From Oscillospiraceae bacterium (GTDB lineage: Bacteria > Bacillota > Clostridia > Oscillospirales > Ruminococcaceae), in NCBI GenBank assembly GCA_020024475.1, contig JAHHTS010000022.1:1-32000 (forward strand): 32,000 nt of DNA, in the 5' to 3' direction. The notes beneath the pieces were generated by a model. The model did no database searches and was not told where the DNA came from. It worked only from the letters and a program-made list of their open reading frames with translations. Position 1 is the first letter of the stretch, and each line of letters begins with the position of its first letter. Positions 9,711-19,908 of this stretch are shown piece after piece. Both the position numbers and the translations under genes were made by a program.

Positions 9711-10016
9711 TTAAAAAGGAAGCCAGTCCCTTAATTCTTTCAACCCTTTATAAGTTTTCATCAATGTTGAATTATTATTCAGGTATTCCATTCCTTTTAC
9801 TGTTAATTTCGTACCATCTAAAAAGCAGTTTATAAAATGACTGCTATTTCCACTCTCTATAAATTGTGCGCCTTTAATAAGCCCTTCGTCTTGGCAAGCT
9901 TCAATTATATCGAAATACTCCCATTTTTCTATATTATAGTCTTCGGCTGTAGGTATATTGCCATCATTTAGTTCTCGCATAAAGCTGAGCATAACTTTTA
10001 GCTTGTTTACTGCCAT
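9711..10016 (-). CDS. YjcQ-like small winged-helix protein inserted between pglX and pglZ
   Basis: 101 aa. The pattern KLKV..SFMRELNDGNIPTAEDY...EACQDEGLIKG...LTVKGMEYLNNNS.MKTYKGLKELRDWLP matches my recollection of the YjcQ family. GAGGTGA RBS. Gaps to both neighbours are tight (10 and 13 nt). Confidence 0.7.
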   Translation of the reverse strand: MAVNKLKVMLSFMRELNDGNIPTAEDYNIEKWEYFDIIEACQDEGLIKGAQFIESGNSSHFINCFLDGTKLTVKGMEYLNNNSTLMKTYKGLKELRDWLPF

Positions 10017-10026
10017 TTATCTCACC

Positions 10027-13000
10027 TCAAATCTTAGCCAAAATCTGCATATTCTTTCCGTCTACGGTCTGAACCTTATCATAGTTGACCTTAACGCCGT
10101 CATCGAGATCAATGTCGATACGGGACAAGGCAATATGAGCAATCTTGGCATCGTAATCTTTCGTTTCCTTGAGCTGTTTTTGAAGCTTTTCTTTACGCTT
10201 GTTTGCTGCGGAAATCTCTTTGTTGTCATTACTGTTATCAATGATGTCCTGCATACGCTCAATTTCTTTTTCATACACACGCTGCATCTTGTGGAGATAT
10301 TCTACACGCAGGTGACCAACAGTGTCCTCATTCCAACGGTGCATATAAACAAGAGCCTTAAAGCCATTCTGCTTACCACTGTCAAAGAGCCAGTAAATCG
10401 GGCGTTTCTGATACTTCTTAATGTGATCCTTGATAAAGTCATTAAGGAAGTAGTTGCGAATAACCTCTCTGCTGGTTTTCCCCTTGTTTCCAAGTGCATC
10501 AGCAACAAAGTTAAGGTTTTCTTCCAAGGTATCCTTACCGTAAACCACTTCAATAAACTTCACAAAGCGGCCTACAATGTCATCCTCAAAGTATTCTTCG
10601 TCAGTCAGCGGGATGCAGTTATCCGCATCAGGAATAAAGGTTGTATATTTGCTGTCATCCCATTCGCTGCCGGCGTAAGCAAGTCCATCCACATCCAATG
10701 AATATCGTCCCAGCATACAGCCCACAGCATAAGAAATGAGGGATTGGATATCTCTTGTTTTGTCGGCAAGACGCATTGCTATATCACGAGCTACGACTTC
10801 CGGAGTTACATCATTTTTAAGATTATAGGTTTTAATGAATAAAGTATTTATTCTTTCTTCATTCTTCTTTAATGTAGAATATCTTTCCGAGGAGTCGTAT
10901 GCCCACTGGTTGAAAGATTCTTCTATTTTTGTTGAATTATAGCGAAGTAATGGATGTTTTTCAAAATCCCAAGATTCTTCAAAATCGTCCCAATCAGCCT
11001 TTGCCAACTTTATACATTCTTTTGAGAGGTCATCAATTTCCTCCTTGATATCTTTATCCACAATCAAGGGTAAATCCCCGATATTTCCAACCTGAAAATT
11101 AACAGTTGGTGCAAGTATAGACAAATACATAAAAGCAACCTTACTACAAAGAAAGGCCAAAATATAGTACATTAAGTCATCTGATGGAAACATAGACGAA
11201 CCAGAAACATCAAAAAGAAATCCGTTTGTTTTATATCTAACGCCAAAGTTTTCGAATCCAAATAAAGACCAAGTAATTCCTGGTTTAAAATAAAAACTTG
11301 GATTCCTTAAGACTGCACTCTTGTAGTTTCTTAGTTCATAACCATCGTTTTCCCAATTTACAATATATTCGTTCATTCCATACCATTTTCGGAAATTTCC
11401 ACCTTTGTTGTATGGAAACCATTTTAACCCCTTTTCCTTTCCATTGTTAAACATTGAGGCTTTTTCTTTCGAAATTTCTGTCCAAAATCTAACAAAACGA
11501 TTATTATCAGCAGTTGCCATACCCTGTTTAGGTTCGGCATATTTTCTTAAAGGATTTGAAATATTGAAATTATTTAACGCTTCATTAGAAATCCAATATA
11601 CAAACGGGTTTCCTGGTATTTGATAAAACTCGGTCTGATCTACATTAAATACCTGTTCACTATTTCTAAAATTTCTGAGTTTTTCTTCTGTACTATAAAA
11701 ATCAGCCAGTCTCAAATAACTTCCTTTATAGTTCTTTAAGTGTGCTTTTCTCAATGAAAAAGAAGTTGCCAATACATTAAATGAATTAAGTTCTTCAAAT
11801 GTAGCAGCACCAGTATGAACCATTGATGTTATTGTTGTTTCATTTAATACCTTGGAACGTAATTTTTTAAAAGAAGCAATAAACATCCAAGTATGAATTG
11901 TTATCATCGAGGTGAAGCCTCTGTGTTTTGTAAAATTCACACATTTCATAATAAACGCTGAATATAGTTCGGATTTCTCATCAGTATAGTTTTTATCAAG
12001 AAAATCACTTAATTTCCCATTCAAACTTTTTTTGCCCATATATGGAGGATTCGTGCATACGACATCATATTTTTGAGCCATTACTTCTGCAACTTGTACT
12101 AAAGGTAATAGTTCATCCAAGACAACTTCACGGCTCATACTAATATCATCTTCAATTTCTTTGAATCGTGCATATAGTGCATTAAAATCGACAGGAGTCA
12201 CATCAATAATAGAGCCATATTCTTTAGCATCGTGCATTTCAGACAGAATACTCTTAATGGCTTTAATAAGCGTGCTATCACCATTGCAGAAGTAATCAAC
12301 CGCATGCTGATCCAATCCATTGCTTTCACGAATTGCGTATACATTAGGTTGAATATTTCGACCAAGGAATCTGCGATCATACTGTCGAGCTTTCATCATC
12401 ATAGCAAAATAAGAAAGCTGCGCCGCACGCTTATCAATATCTAAACCATAGATATTGTTCTCAACGATGTTGCGGACTGCATCACGGGCAGTGTATCCCA
12501 TTGAATCATATATCTGCATTAAAACATCAAAGGCATACACAAGAATATGTCCACTACCCATACAAGGGTCAATCAATTTGATGTCTTCCGGAGAGATGGT
12601 TGAATAATTCTTGCGAATTTCTTCAAGTTGCTTCTCAACAGATTCTTCCTGCTGAGCTTCCTCCAAATAATACTTCCAGTTGCTTTTCAGTTCTTTATTC
12701 GGATGTCCCTCCACCCAAAGACGACCAAGGCTGTTTTCAACCATATAGCGAACAATCCAATCAGGGGTGAACAACTGTGTTGCGGCAGGAATATCCTCCT
12801 TGCGTATTTTCTTATTTTTCTTCAAGTTAGCAAAAACGGTATCCTTTGGAACGGAATTATAGAACTGATACATCCAGCCGATAATTTCAATCTGGCCTTC
12901 TTTTTCCACATTGAAATCATCTTCATCTACATCGTGTGTCAAACGATATACAAGACCATCTTTATCTGTGAAGGAGATAGTAAGAAGAAGTTCCGTATAG

Positions 13001-13572
13001 TCGTCAGTTTTTTCAAAAAGCTCAGGTAAAATCTCGTGGAGCTTATTGCACTGCTTAATAAAAAGCATACGGAACAGTTCATCCAGCTTATTTTTATCCT
13101 TAAGCTCGATAATATGATCCTGCTCAAAAGGTGTAAACTCCAGATCTGTATCAAACGGAGAGGTTACAAAGTCAGGCTCCACCTTGGCTTTGTTTTCAGA
13201 AGAGAGTACACGGATACCGGAAGGAAGATAGTTGTTGACCTCCATAAAACGGATAGCAACCAAACGGTTGAACCAAGTGTAGGCAACTTCTTCCACGACA
13301 AATTCAAAAGCTTCCTTGTATTTACCGCAATCTTTTTCCTTTTCATGAATTGCTTTTACAAGAGCATCACGCTGCTTAATTTCTTTCCCCTGAACCTCAG
13401 CATATTCTTTTGTTCCAATATCAAAGAATTTGAGGTCAGCAGTAGACTGCGGAAGTTCTTGCGCAATTCCACTGTCTGTAATGCCAAGCATTCCTGCTTT
13501 GTATGTTATATCTGCAATGAGCTTTTCTCTTGCTCCTATTGCAAAGTTTTTAATTTTAGTCTTATTCATCAT
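10027..13572 (-). CDS. pglX: BREX N6-adenine DNA methyltransferase PglX
   Basis: 1181 aa with SAM motif I LIDPCMGSGHIL and catalytic VVCTNPPYMGKK. AGGAGGA RBS. Position between brxC and pglZ is canonical. It ends in TGA. Confidence 0.94.
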   Translation of the reverse strand: MMNKTKIKNFAIGAREKLIADITYKAGMLGITDSGIAQELPQSTADLKFFDIGTKEYAEVQGKEIKQRDALVKAIHEKEKDCGKYKEAFEFVVEEVAYTWFNRLVAIRFMEVNNYLPSGIRVLSSENKAKVEPDFVTSPFDTDLEFTPFEQDHIIELKDKNKLDELFRMLFIKQCNKLHEILPELFEKTDDYTELLLTISFTDKDGLVYRLTHDVDEDDFNVEKEGQIEIIGWMYQFYNSVPKDTVFANLKKNKKIRKEDIPAATQLFTPDWIVRYMVENSLGRLWVEGHPNKELKSNWKYYLEEAQQEESVEKQLEEIRKNYSTISPEDIKLIDPCMGSGHILVYAFDVLMQIYDSMGYTARDAVRNIVENNIYGLDIDKRAAQLSYFAMMMKARQYDRRFLGRNIQPNVYAIRESNGLDQHAVDYFCNGDSTLIKAIKSILSEMHDAKEYGSIIDVTPVDFNALYARFKEIEDDISMSREVVLDELLPLVQVAEVMAQKYDVVCTNPPYMGKKSLNGKLSDFLDKNYTDEKSELYSAFIMKCVNFTKHRGFTSMITIHTWMFIASFKKLRSKVLNETTITSMVHTGAATFEELNSFNVLATSFSLRKAHLKNYKGSYLRLADFYSTEEKLRNFRNSEQVFNVDQTEFYQIPGNPFVYWISNEALNNFNISNPLRKYAEPKQGMATADNNRFVRFWTEISKEKASMFNNGKEKGLKWFPYNKGGNFRKWYGMNEYIVNWENDGYELRNYKSAVLRNPSFYFKPGITWSLFGFENFGVRYKTNGFLFDVSGSSMFPSDDLMYYILAFLCSKVAFMYLSILAPTVNFQVGNIGDLPLIVDKDIKEEIDDLSKECIKLAKADWDDFEESWDFEKHPLLRYNSTKIEESFNQWAYDSSERYSTLKKNEERINTLFIKTYNLKNDVTPEVVARDIAMRLADKTRDIQSLISYAVGCMLGRYSLDVDGLAYAGSEWDDSKYTTFIPDADNCIPLTDEEYFEDDIVGRFVKFIEVVYGKDTLEENLNFVADALGNKGKTSREVIRNYFLNDFIKDHIKKYQKRPIYWLFDSGKQNGFKALVYMHRWNEDTVGHLRVEYLHKMQRVYEKEIERMQDIIDNSNDNKEISAANKRKEKLQKQLKETKDYDAKIAHIALSRIDIDLDDGVKVNYDKVQTVDGKNMQILAKI

Positions 13573-13584
13573 TGATCCTCCTGA

Positions 13585-16500
13585 TTAGAACTCAATGTTG
13601 AGTACAGTGTCGTCTTCAAGCGATGCCATCAGTTTCTTTTCCAACTCAGCTACATAGTGTTTTACATCATCCTGAGTTTCAATCTGCCAAGTGGTAGAAT
13701 TGTTGATGGTCTTAATGCTAACTGTTTTTGTCTTCTTAACCGGAGCAACAGGTACCGGTTCACTGCCAGAGTTATCATCCTCGTGGTCAGGCTCTACCGG
13801 AGCCGGTGTCAGCTTTGCTTCTTCAGTAGCAATTTCATTCAGGCAACGCACCTTAAGTGCATCTACCTCAACAGTAATCGTCTGGAGTGTTGCTACATTA
13901 TTGCAATGAGAAGTCTTGTCACGGATTTCTCTAAAAGCTTCTACATATTTATCAACCAGCTTATCGTGGCATTTCTTGCCATCAAGCTCGTCAAAGACAC
14001 GCTTTCTTGCCACATCAATCGCTGCATCAACAGGCTTCTGCATCTCAGAGAGCAATCCGCCATAGGATTTGATAAAGTTTTCTAACAAGTCAGGCAGCTT
14101 AAAGATTTCACCGTAAGGATCAGCCTTTTTAAGGATGCTCTTAATGCTGGCTACAATGGACTCAATATCTTTATTTACAATGAAAGTCTTACTGTCATCG
14201 TAAATACCCATCAAACGCAGAGCTTTATCAAAGATGCCTTTCTGTTCGCCCTCAAAGAATTTCTTTACAGGCTCATAGTCTTCTGCAAAGTCGAGATATT
14301 CATCCTTGCTTTTATCAATACCAGCAAAGAACTCGGCAGAATACTTCATCTGGAGAACATCCGTCATCAGCTTCTTGCCTGTACCGATAAATCTCTTTCC
14401 GGGATAGGCAGGCTGATTCTTATAGTGAATTTCCAGCTTTTCAAGTTCAACCTTAAGTCTATCAGCATAACCGAGGAAGCTCTTCATAATGGCATCGTCA
14501 TCATCACTGGACGGAGTAATGCCAAATAGTTCCTTCATTACTTCACGGACTGCTTTCTTCTGGCGTTCATTTGCTTTGACTTTCTTGTCCGTCATCAGTT
14601 TGTCCTGGTACTCTTTTCGGGTGAGAAAGCGAATGATTTCTTCCTCAGATTTAGAAATAAGAGTAACAGCTTCGTTATGAACGAACAGTGCAATCTCGCC
14701 ATCCTTAAAGAGTTTTGCAACAAGCCACTGAACATCAGCTTCAACAAAACCGTAAGGTGCTTTAATAAAACGCTCTATCAATGATTTCATAGATGTCTTC
14801 ATATGTCTTTGTGTGTTAAGTGAAATGTAGTCATTGACATCCTTTAATGCAAGTTCGTTTTTCTTAGTACTTGTGCTAGATAATGCTAATTGTTGAGTAG
14901 GATCTTTAAACATTGAACGAATGTCGCTTTCACTCATAGCAGTATCAATATAAGAGAGTTTATGATAAACGTTAGCCACCAATTTGCCAAGTGCATCATT
15001 TATTTTTGTATGTATATCCTTAGATGTTGACTGGATTTTATCTCCATTAACATAAATTTCTGCATTTTTTAAACTTTCTTCTAAGAATAATCTTGCAGTT
15101 GCGTTTCTTTCACGCATTTCGACTTTCTTAGCTTCTTTAATTTGTTCGAACTTAGTTACTGCGTTTGTAGCATCGTAACGAATAAATTTTTCTATCTGTA
15201 AAGCAGATCTTATTTCATCTAAAAAAGTTCTGTCTTCTGGCATAACAATCAATACACAGTTATACTGATCTGAAACAATTCTCATTGTTATGTCATCAGA
15301 TCTTTCGTCACTATTAGGTGTTAGAATCTTTAATGTAATATCATTATTTTGATTAGCTTTATATGGCTTTTCATCAACAACTTGGTTAAACGCAAATGCG
15401 TATCTACCGTTAAAAGAAGGGTAACGATATTTCTTTTCATCATATAATCCATCGAAAATCATTTCCGAAACTTTGGCAATAACTTCTCCAGAATCAACAT
15501 TCTGTGATTCGATAGCTCTATTTATCTCTTGTTCTTCATCTGTAAGAAAAACATAAATTTCACCATTCTTTTGTACAAGTGTTTGACGAACTAATCGTTT
15601 TAAGGAATCCTCAACCTTTTGTGTTAAACTCATACGGTCATCATTTATATTTGTAACCATAAGACTAGTAATGTTTTCTACATTAGCTTTTATTTCTTTT
15701 ACATATTTAATCATAAATAATGCTTTAAGGACATTAACATCAAAACATTCTTTATCGTGATTAGGGTTGAGGTAATCATTATCTAACGCACGAGAAATTA
15801 CTCCTTTATGAGAATGATCCAAAAATTGTTCAAGTGCATCATAGAACATATTAAACGGAACAATTTCTCCGGGCTCTTTATCCATAACTTTAACTGCTGA
15901 CTCTTTAAAAAGAGCAAGCATTGAACGTTCACCTTCAGCAAGGTGCTTGCCTGATGCACCGTGTGTACGAATAGATGTAAGTACACTTGCTAAAAGATTA
16001 AATTGATATGGTATAAAAGGATAAATATCCGAAAAGTTTTCTTTTCCTGAATATAATTTTTTTTCAATACCATCATTAAATAAAATCAAATTTTTAATTA
16101 TAGTTGACTTATCATCATAAAGTAAAGAAAGTGTTTGTTTAGCACTATCACTTTTTTCAAGAATTCTCTTTTTAATAACTTCATCAACGTTTGCAGAAGA
16201 AAGAGAGAGTCTAGTGTCAAAACGTCCTTGAATTTTAGAAAAGTCGTTTCCTTTTGTTTTAGTAATAGAATCAATGTCTTGTTGGCTCGTTACGATAACC
16301 CAGGCTTTACCCTGACAAGCTGTTCCTAAATCTTCAGTCACAGTTTGAAGATTTAACATTAATTTAGAATCATCACCAATATACTGACCAATTTCATCAA
16401 TCAAAAATACAACGTGATGATTATTTCCTTTACTAGTAATATACTTTTTAACTAGCTGTGCAAAGTCTTCTACTTTATATTTGTATTCACCAGTTGCTTT

Positions 16501-17187
16501 TTCACACCAGTTTCTTCCTGCTTCTTCGCTCATAAAGTCAATATCAGCAAGAACTTCTACTACATCGTCTTGAATGAAGTCAAAATCACTGCGAGATTCT
16601 TCCCATTCAGAGCCAAAACTTTCTTCAAATCTCTCTTTGAATAAATCAAATTTTCCTTCTTCACTTAGTTTTCTCTCTAAATCTGCAAGGAATGGATTAG
16701 AGCCACTAAAACCTAACATTTCATTAAATACATTTTGCAAAACAGAAACAATAGCAACTTTAGATTGCTTTCCATTGACTTCACTTTTTGAATCAATGTT
16801 AAAAAGAACAACATCAGCAGGCACAGATGTAGCTAATTTCATATCTGCTAAGACCATTGGATCTGCAATCTTATTGTCTTCGATAAAATAATCAATAGCT
16901 TTTTTGCCATTAACATCTTTATTTTCTAAAAGGTAAGATAAAATTTTTAAGAAGTGAGATTTACCACTTCCAAAGAAACCGGAAATCCAAACACCCATTT
17001 TGTCAGTATTTCCGTTAATTCCTTTTTTATAGCTTTCAAAAAAATCAGCAAAATGCTTCTGTAATTCTCTTGTAACAACGTATTCTTCTAATTCCTGTTG
17101 GACACTTGCACTATCATCTTGACCCACCTTAATTACGCCTTTAATATCTCTATCAATAGGCTTATTAAACATGTTTTTAATGATCAT
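13585..17187 (-). CDS. brxC: BREX P-loop ATPase BrxC/PglY
   Basis: 1200 aa with Walker A GFFGSGKSHFLK and Walker B VVFLIDEIGQY. Size and position are canonical. Confidence 0.94.
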   Translation of the reverse strand: MIIKNMFNKPIDRDIKGVIKVGQDDSASVQQELEEYVVTRELQKHFADFFESYKKGINGNTDKMGVWISGFFGSGKSHFLKILSYLLENKDVNGKKAIDYFIEDNKIADPMVLADMKLATSVPADVVLFNIDSKSEVNGKQSKVAIVSVLQNVFNEMLGFSGSNPFLADLERKLSEEGKFDLFKERFEESFGSEWEESRSDFDFIQDDVVEVLADIDFMSEEAGRNWCEKATGEYKYKVEDFAQLVKKYITSKGNNHHVVFLIDEIGQYIGDDSKLMLNLQTVTEDLGTACQGKAWVIVTSQQDIDSITKTKGNDFSKIQGRFDTRLSLSSANVDEVIKKRILEKSDSAKQTLSLLYDDKSTIIKNLILFNDGIEKKLYSGKENFSDIYPFIPYQFNLLASVLTSIRTHGASGKHLAEGERSMLALFKESAVKVMDKEPGEIVPFNMFYDALEQFLDHSHKGVISRALDNDYLNPNHDKECFDVNVLKALFMIKYVKEIKANVENITSLMVTNINDDRMSLTQKVEDSLKRLVRQTLVQKNGEIYVFLTDEEQEINRAIESQNVDSGEVIAKVSEMIFDGLYDEKKYRYPSFNGRYAFAFNQVVDEKPYKANQNNDITLKILTPNSDERSDDITMRIVSDQYNCVLIVMPEDRTFLDEIRSALQIEKFIRYDATNAVTKFEQIKEAKKVEMRERNATARLFLEESLKNAEIYVNGDKIQSTSKDIHTKINDALGKLVANVYHKLSYIDTAMSESDIRSMFKDPTQQLALSSTSTKKNELALKDVNDYISLNTQRHMKTSMKSLIERFIKAPYGFVEADVQWLVAKLFKDGEIALFVHNEAVTLISKSEEEIIRFLTRKEYQDKLMTDKKVKANERQKKAVREVMKELFGITPSSDDDDAIMKSFLGYADRLKVELEKLEIHYKNQPAYPGKRFIGTGKKLMTDVLQMKYSAEFFAGIDKSKDEYLDFAEDYEPVKKFFEGEQKGIFDKALRLMGIYDDSKTFIVNKDIESIVASIKSILKKADPYGEIFKLPDLLENFIKSYGGLLSEMQKPVDAAIDVARKRVFDELDGKKCHDKLVDKYVEAFREIRDKTSHCNNVATLQTITVEVDALKVRCLNEIATEEAKLTPAPVEPDHEDDNSGSEPVPVAPVKKTKTVSIKTINNSTTWQIETQDDVKHYVAELEKKLMASLEDDTVLNIEF

Positions 17188-17201
17188 ATTATTTTTCTCC
17201 T

Positions 17202-17777
17202 TTAATCAACTAATTTAAATGCTCGGTAATAGTTGTCATCTTTAATTTCACTGAATAATACTAATTCTTGTCCATCGTATACACCTGGATAAAAAAGCAC
17301 TACAGGAACATTATCGATTACCTGATGTAAATTATTTAAAACCGTATGTGACCTAAGAATTGGATAACATTTTCCTATTCCAGTAATAAAAACGATTGCT
17401 TTTTCTGGAGTATTTTCTTGAATGTGCTTTATTATTAAACCATCTGCCGATGTAATTTTAAGCATATTGCTTATAGATTTAGAAACACGTTCAAAACCTT
17501 TCTTCTTTTCAAAGTCGTAACACTTTTCAAGGAACCCTTTTTTCTTTAGAATATCAATCGTAATATAATATAAATCAAATTCTACGATTTTATAATCATC
17601 CATTGATGAATTATTTTTCTTTTTCATATAATCAATTCGTTCTCTAACATACAGTTCTTTTTCGGCTGGATAATCAAAAATATAATATCCCACTTCATTT
17701 CCTAATCCTTTATTTTCTCTAAAGCTTGGCTTTTTGATAATTTCTTCAGCCTTATCAAGTCGTTGATCAAGTGTCAT
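17202..17777 (-). CDS. brxB: BREX protein BrxB (DUF1788)
   Basis: 191 aa with the N-terminal pattern GLGNEVGYYIFDYPAEKELYVRE typical of DUF1788. Lies between brxA and brxC. Confidence 0.88.
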   Translation of the reverse strand: MTLDQRLDKAEEIIKKPSFRENKGLGNEVGYYIFDYPAEKELYVRERIDYMKKKNNSSMDDYKIVEFDLYYITIDILKKKGFLEKCYDFEKKKGFERVSKSISNMLKITSADGLIIKHIQENTPEKAIVFITGIGKCYPILRSHTVLNNLHQVIDNVPVVLFYPGVYDGQELVLFSEIKDDNYYRAFKLVD

Positions 17778-17780
17778 CTC

Positions 17781-18383
17781 TTAATTCACCCCCGTAATTG
17801 CTTTTACAATCGCACTTTCGCCTACAGCTTCAAGATAGCGTTCTAACGCTATATCCATAATAGGCGGTGTTATTGTTTTTTCTTTCCCATTAATACTTAA
17901 CAAATTTGCATCTACCATAAAATTGAAATATGCAGAACGTAATCTTTTTCTAGTAGCATCTGTTAACTTAGCTACATCATCTGTTTGTATTTCCTTGTTA
18001 TTGAAAAAAATATTTGCATCTTTGTCTTCTATGGCAGGTATTCCTAAGATTTTTTTTTCTCTGTACACTTCAAAAATAAATTCAAAAAATAACCTATCTC
18101 CACGTAATATCGCAATTAAATTTATCAGTTTTTGTGTTTGCAAGTCTGATGTCAAAAATAATTGTAATAAACTATCATCTAGTTTTTTGACTCTTTTCCA
18201 TATGTATCCATACATTCTTCTTGCACGATATTCTTTTGCAGCCCCAAATAGATTTTCATCTATACATAACTTTTTAATTTCTTCGTCTGTTTTTCCATCA
18301 CTTATTAGTTTTATAACTTTTTTAAACTCCACAAACCAAAACGATTGTGAAACCAATCCTGCACTATATTTATCATCTATCAT
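17781..18383 (-). CDS. brxA: BREX protein BrxA (DUF1819)
   Basis: 200 aa, first BREX gene. YSAGLV...FWFVEFKKV...DEEIKKLCIDENLFG is typical of the BrxA helical fold family. The stop lies 3 nt before the brxB start. Confidence 0.85.
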   Translation of the reverse strand: MIDDKYSAGLVSQSFWFVEFKKVIKLISDGKTDEEIKKLCIDENLFGAAKEYRARRMYGYIWKRVKKLDDSLLQLFLTSDLQTQKLINLIAILRGDRLFFEFIFEVYREKKILGIPAIEDKDANIFFNNKEIQTDDVAKLTDATRKRLRSAYFNFMVDANLLSINGKEKTITPPIMDIALERYLEAVGESAIVKAITGVN

Positions 18384-18395
18384 TCTATATCACCT

Positions 18396-18602
18396 TTAAT
18401 CATCTAAAATAACTTCACATATATCACCAATATCGCAATGAAACACCTTGCACATTTTCATAAGTACTTCTAATGAAACTGGTTCATCCTTATTAAGTTT
18501 AGTCATTGTATTAGAACTTATCTCGGCAGCTCTTAACAAATCAGCTCTTTTCATTTTGTTATCTATCATCAATTTTTGAAGCTTGTTGTAACTTATTTTC
18601 AT
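18396..18602 (-). CDS. Small XRE/Cro-type HTH regulator heading the BREX operon
   Basis: HTH core KRADLLRAAEISSNTMTKLNKDEPVSLEVLMKMCKVF. The ORF track begins at a TTG at 18629. The ATG at 18602 has AAAGGA 7 nt upstream and gives a 68-aa protein. The stop lies 12 nt before brxA. Confidence 0.8.
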   Translation of the reverse strand: MKISYNKLQKLMIDNKMKRADLLRAAEISSNTMTKLNKDEPVSLEVLMKMCKVFHCDIGDICEVILDD

Positions 18603-18689
18603 AAACATTTCCTTTCTAATAATTGACAAATAGTTATTATATGTGACTATTTAACAATAAATAACATTAAATAAACTTATTCACTTTAT

Positions 18690-18718
18690 ATTATAGTGTT
18701 TATTTCTGATCCCTTCAA
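18690..18718 (-). promoter_or_regulatory. Candidate sigma-70-type promoter for the XRE-BREX array
   Basis: On the minus strand: TTGAAG (18718-18713), a 17-nt spacer, then TATAAT (18695-18690), about 88 nt upstream of the XRE ATG. A second TATAAT at 18641-18636 has a poor -35. Confidence 0.4.
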
Positions 18719-19908
18719 TAATTATGATGGTATTTAGCATTTTAAACAAATATGTTGTCTATTTTTCGAACATATTAGTTATATGTTTCTTAGTATTGAT
18801 TAAATATACAAATGCCTACTCATACTAGTAACCACTCGTATAATATGCGGTGAATCACACTATCAAGTGCAACAGTTTTAAAAAAATTCATATAAATTTA
18901 TAGTAGAATAAAGTCATCACAGCACACCACTAAAAAATGAAATCTATATGAACTATATTCGCATCTTACCGTATAAGAACGCAGTTGTATACGAAAATAT
19001 TGTGTGAATGGATTAGTTGATCGAAAAATTGCTGACTCATTGTGCTCAGCTACAGTACTGTTTATCATGAAATAAGAAGAAATTGCATACATATGTATGT
19101 CATTACAACATATTACACATATACAACACAAAAGAAGTATATGCTACGTTGATCTTGCCGTCATCGCGGAATGTTTCATTCACAGCAAGTAATCAAATAT
19201 CTTGAAGAAAAATGAAAGATACTTGATATCCAGAACAGAATTCTAATACACTATGTGAGTTATGTTCAAGTCAACTAATCATTTTCAACTGATTATTGTG
19301 AAAATGTTTATTAAACGGTAATTTAAAAGTCTTCGGTCTCAAGGAAAAGAATCTCAGCAACAAGGAAGCACGTGGTAAATTTAGTAAAGGCAAGTCTATA
19401 ATAAATTTTGATAAATCTGTTTAGATCAGACTGGAATCCTAGCACCAGCAAGCTGAAACAGTAGTTAGCTAGAAGAGTAAAATCAAAGTAGGTTTTGCCA
19501 CATTGTCAAAATGTAATACAAGATTTTACATAGCAGTTAAAATGTCTGACCGCAATGCTGAAACAACGTAAAATACTATAGTTAAAACTCTTTATGCTTT
19601 TTTCTCATTAACTGCTTAACACCATTACATCTGACGTATATACATAATTAGTAAACTGACATAATAATGAACAACAATTTAACTGTTATATTTATTTTGA
19701 CATTTCTTATTGTGCTTGGAAAATGAACAAATAAAAACTCAAACGTATTACTCATAAAGTTTTATTCTAAATGTATAAATCTTTCAAAAGTCAGTACTAT
19801 AACATTAAAAATAACCTGGCATTAATTAACACTAGTCCTTGTAAAGTTTTAAATTTTCTGTCTGTCCAAGAATTATGAAATTCTAAGCTTGCTAATTGTT
19901 GCTCTTAG

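Noticed and set aside
9958-10701. 247-aa plus-strand ORF, and similar ones at 12628..13029, 13036..13575, 13657..14085, 16574..16891 and 17923..18399
   Set aside because: All lie antisense inside well-supported BREX genes, have low-complexity or odd compositions, and lack RBSs. They are typical shadow ORFs, most frequent in the GC-richer blocks.
18050-18058. A9/T9 homopolymer inside brxA (also a T8 run near 16057-16064 in brxC) as a phase-variation switch
   Set aside because: Runs of this length are expected in about 30% GC coding DNA with Lys-rich proteins, and both genes are currently in frame. There is no evidence of slippage from a single sequence.
18898-19131. 77-aa minus-strand Cys-rich ORF
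   Set aside because: No RBS and no recognisable motif. It sits in the decayed ORF-poor region and is likely a chance frame.
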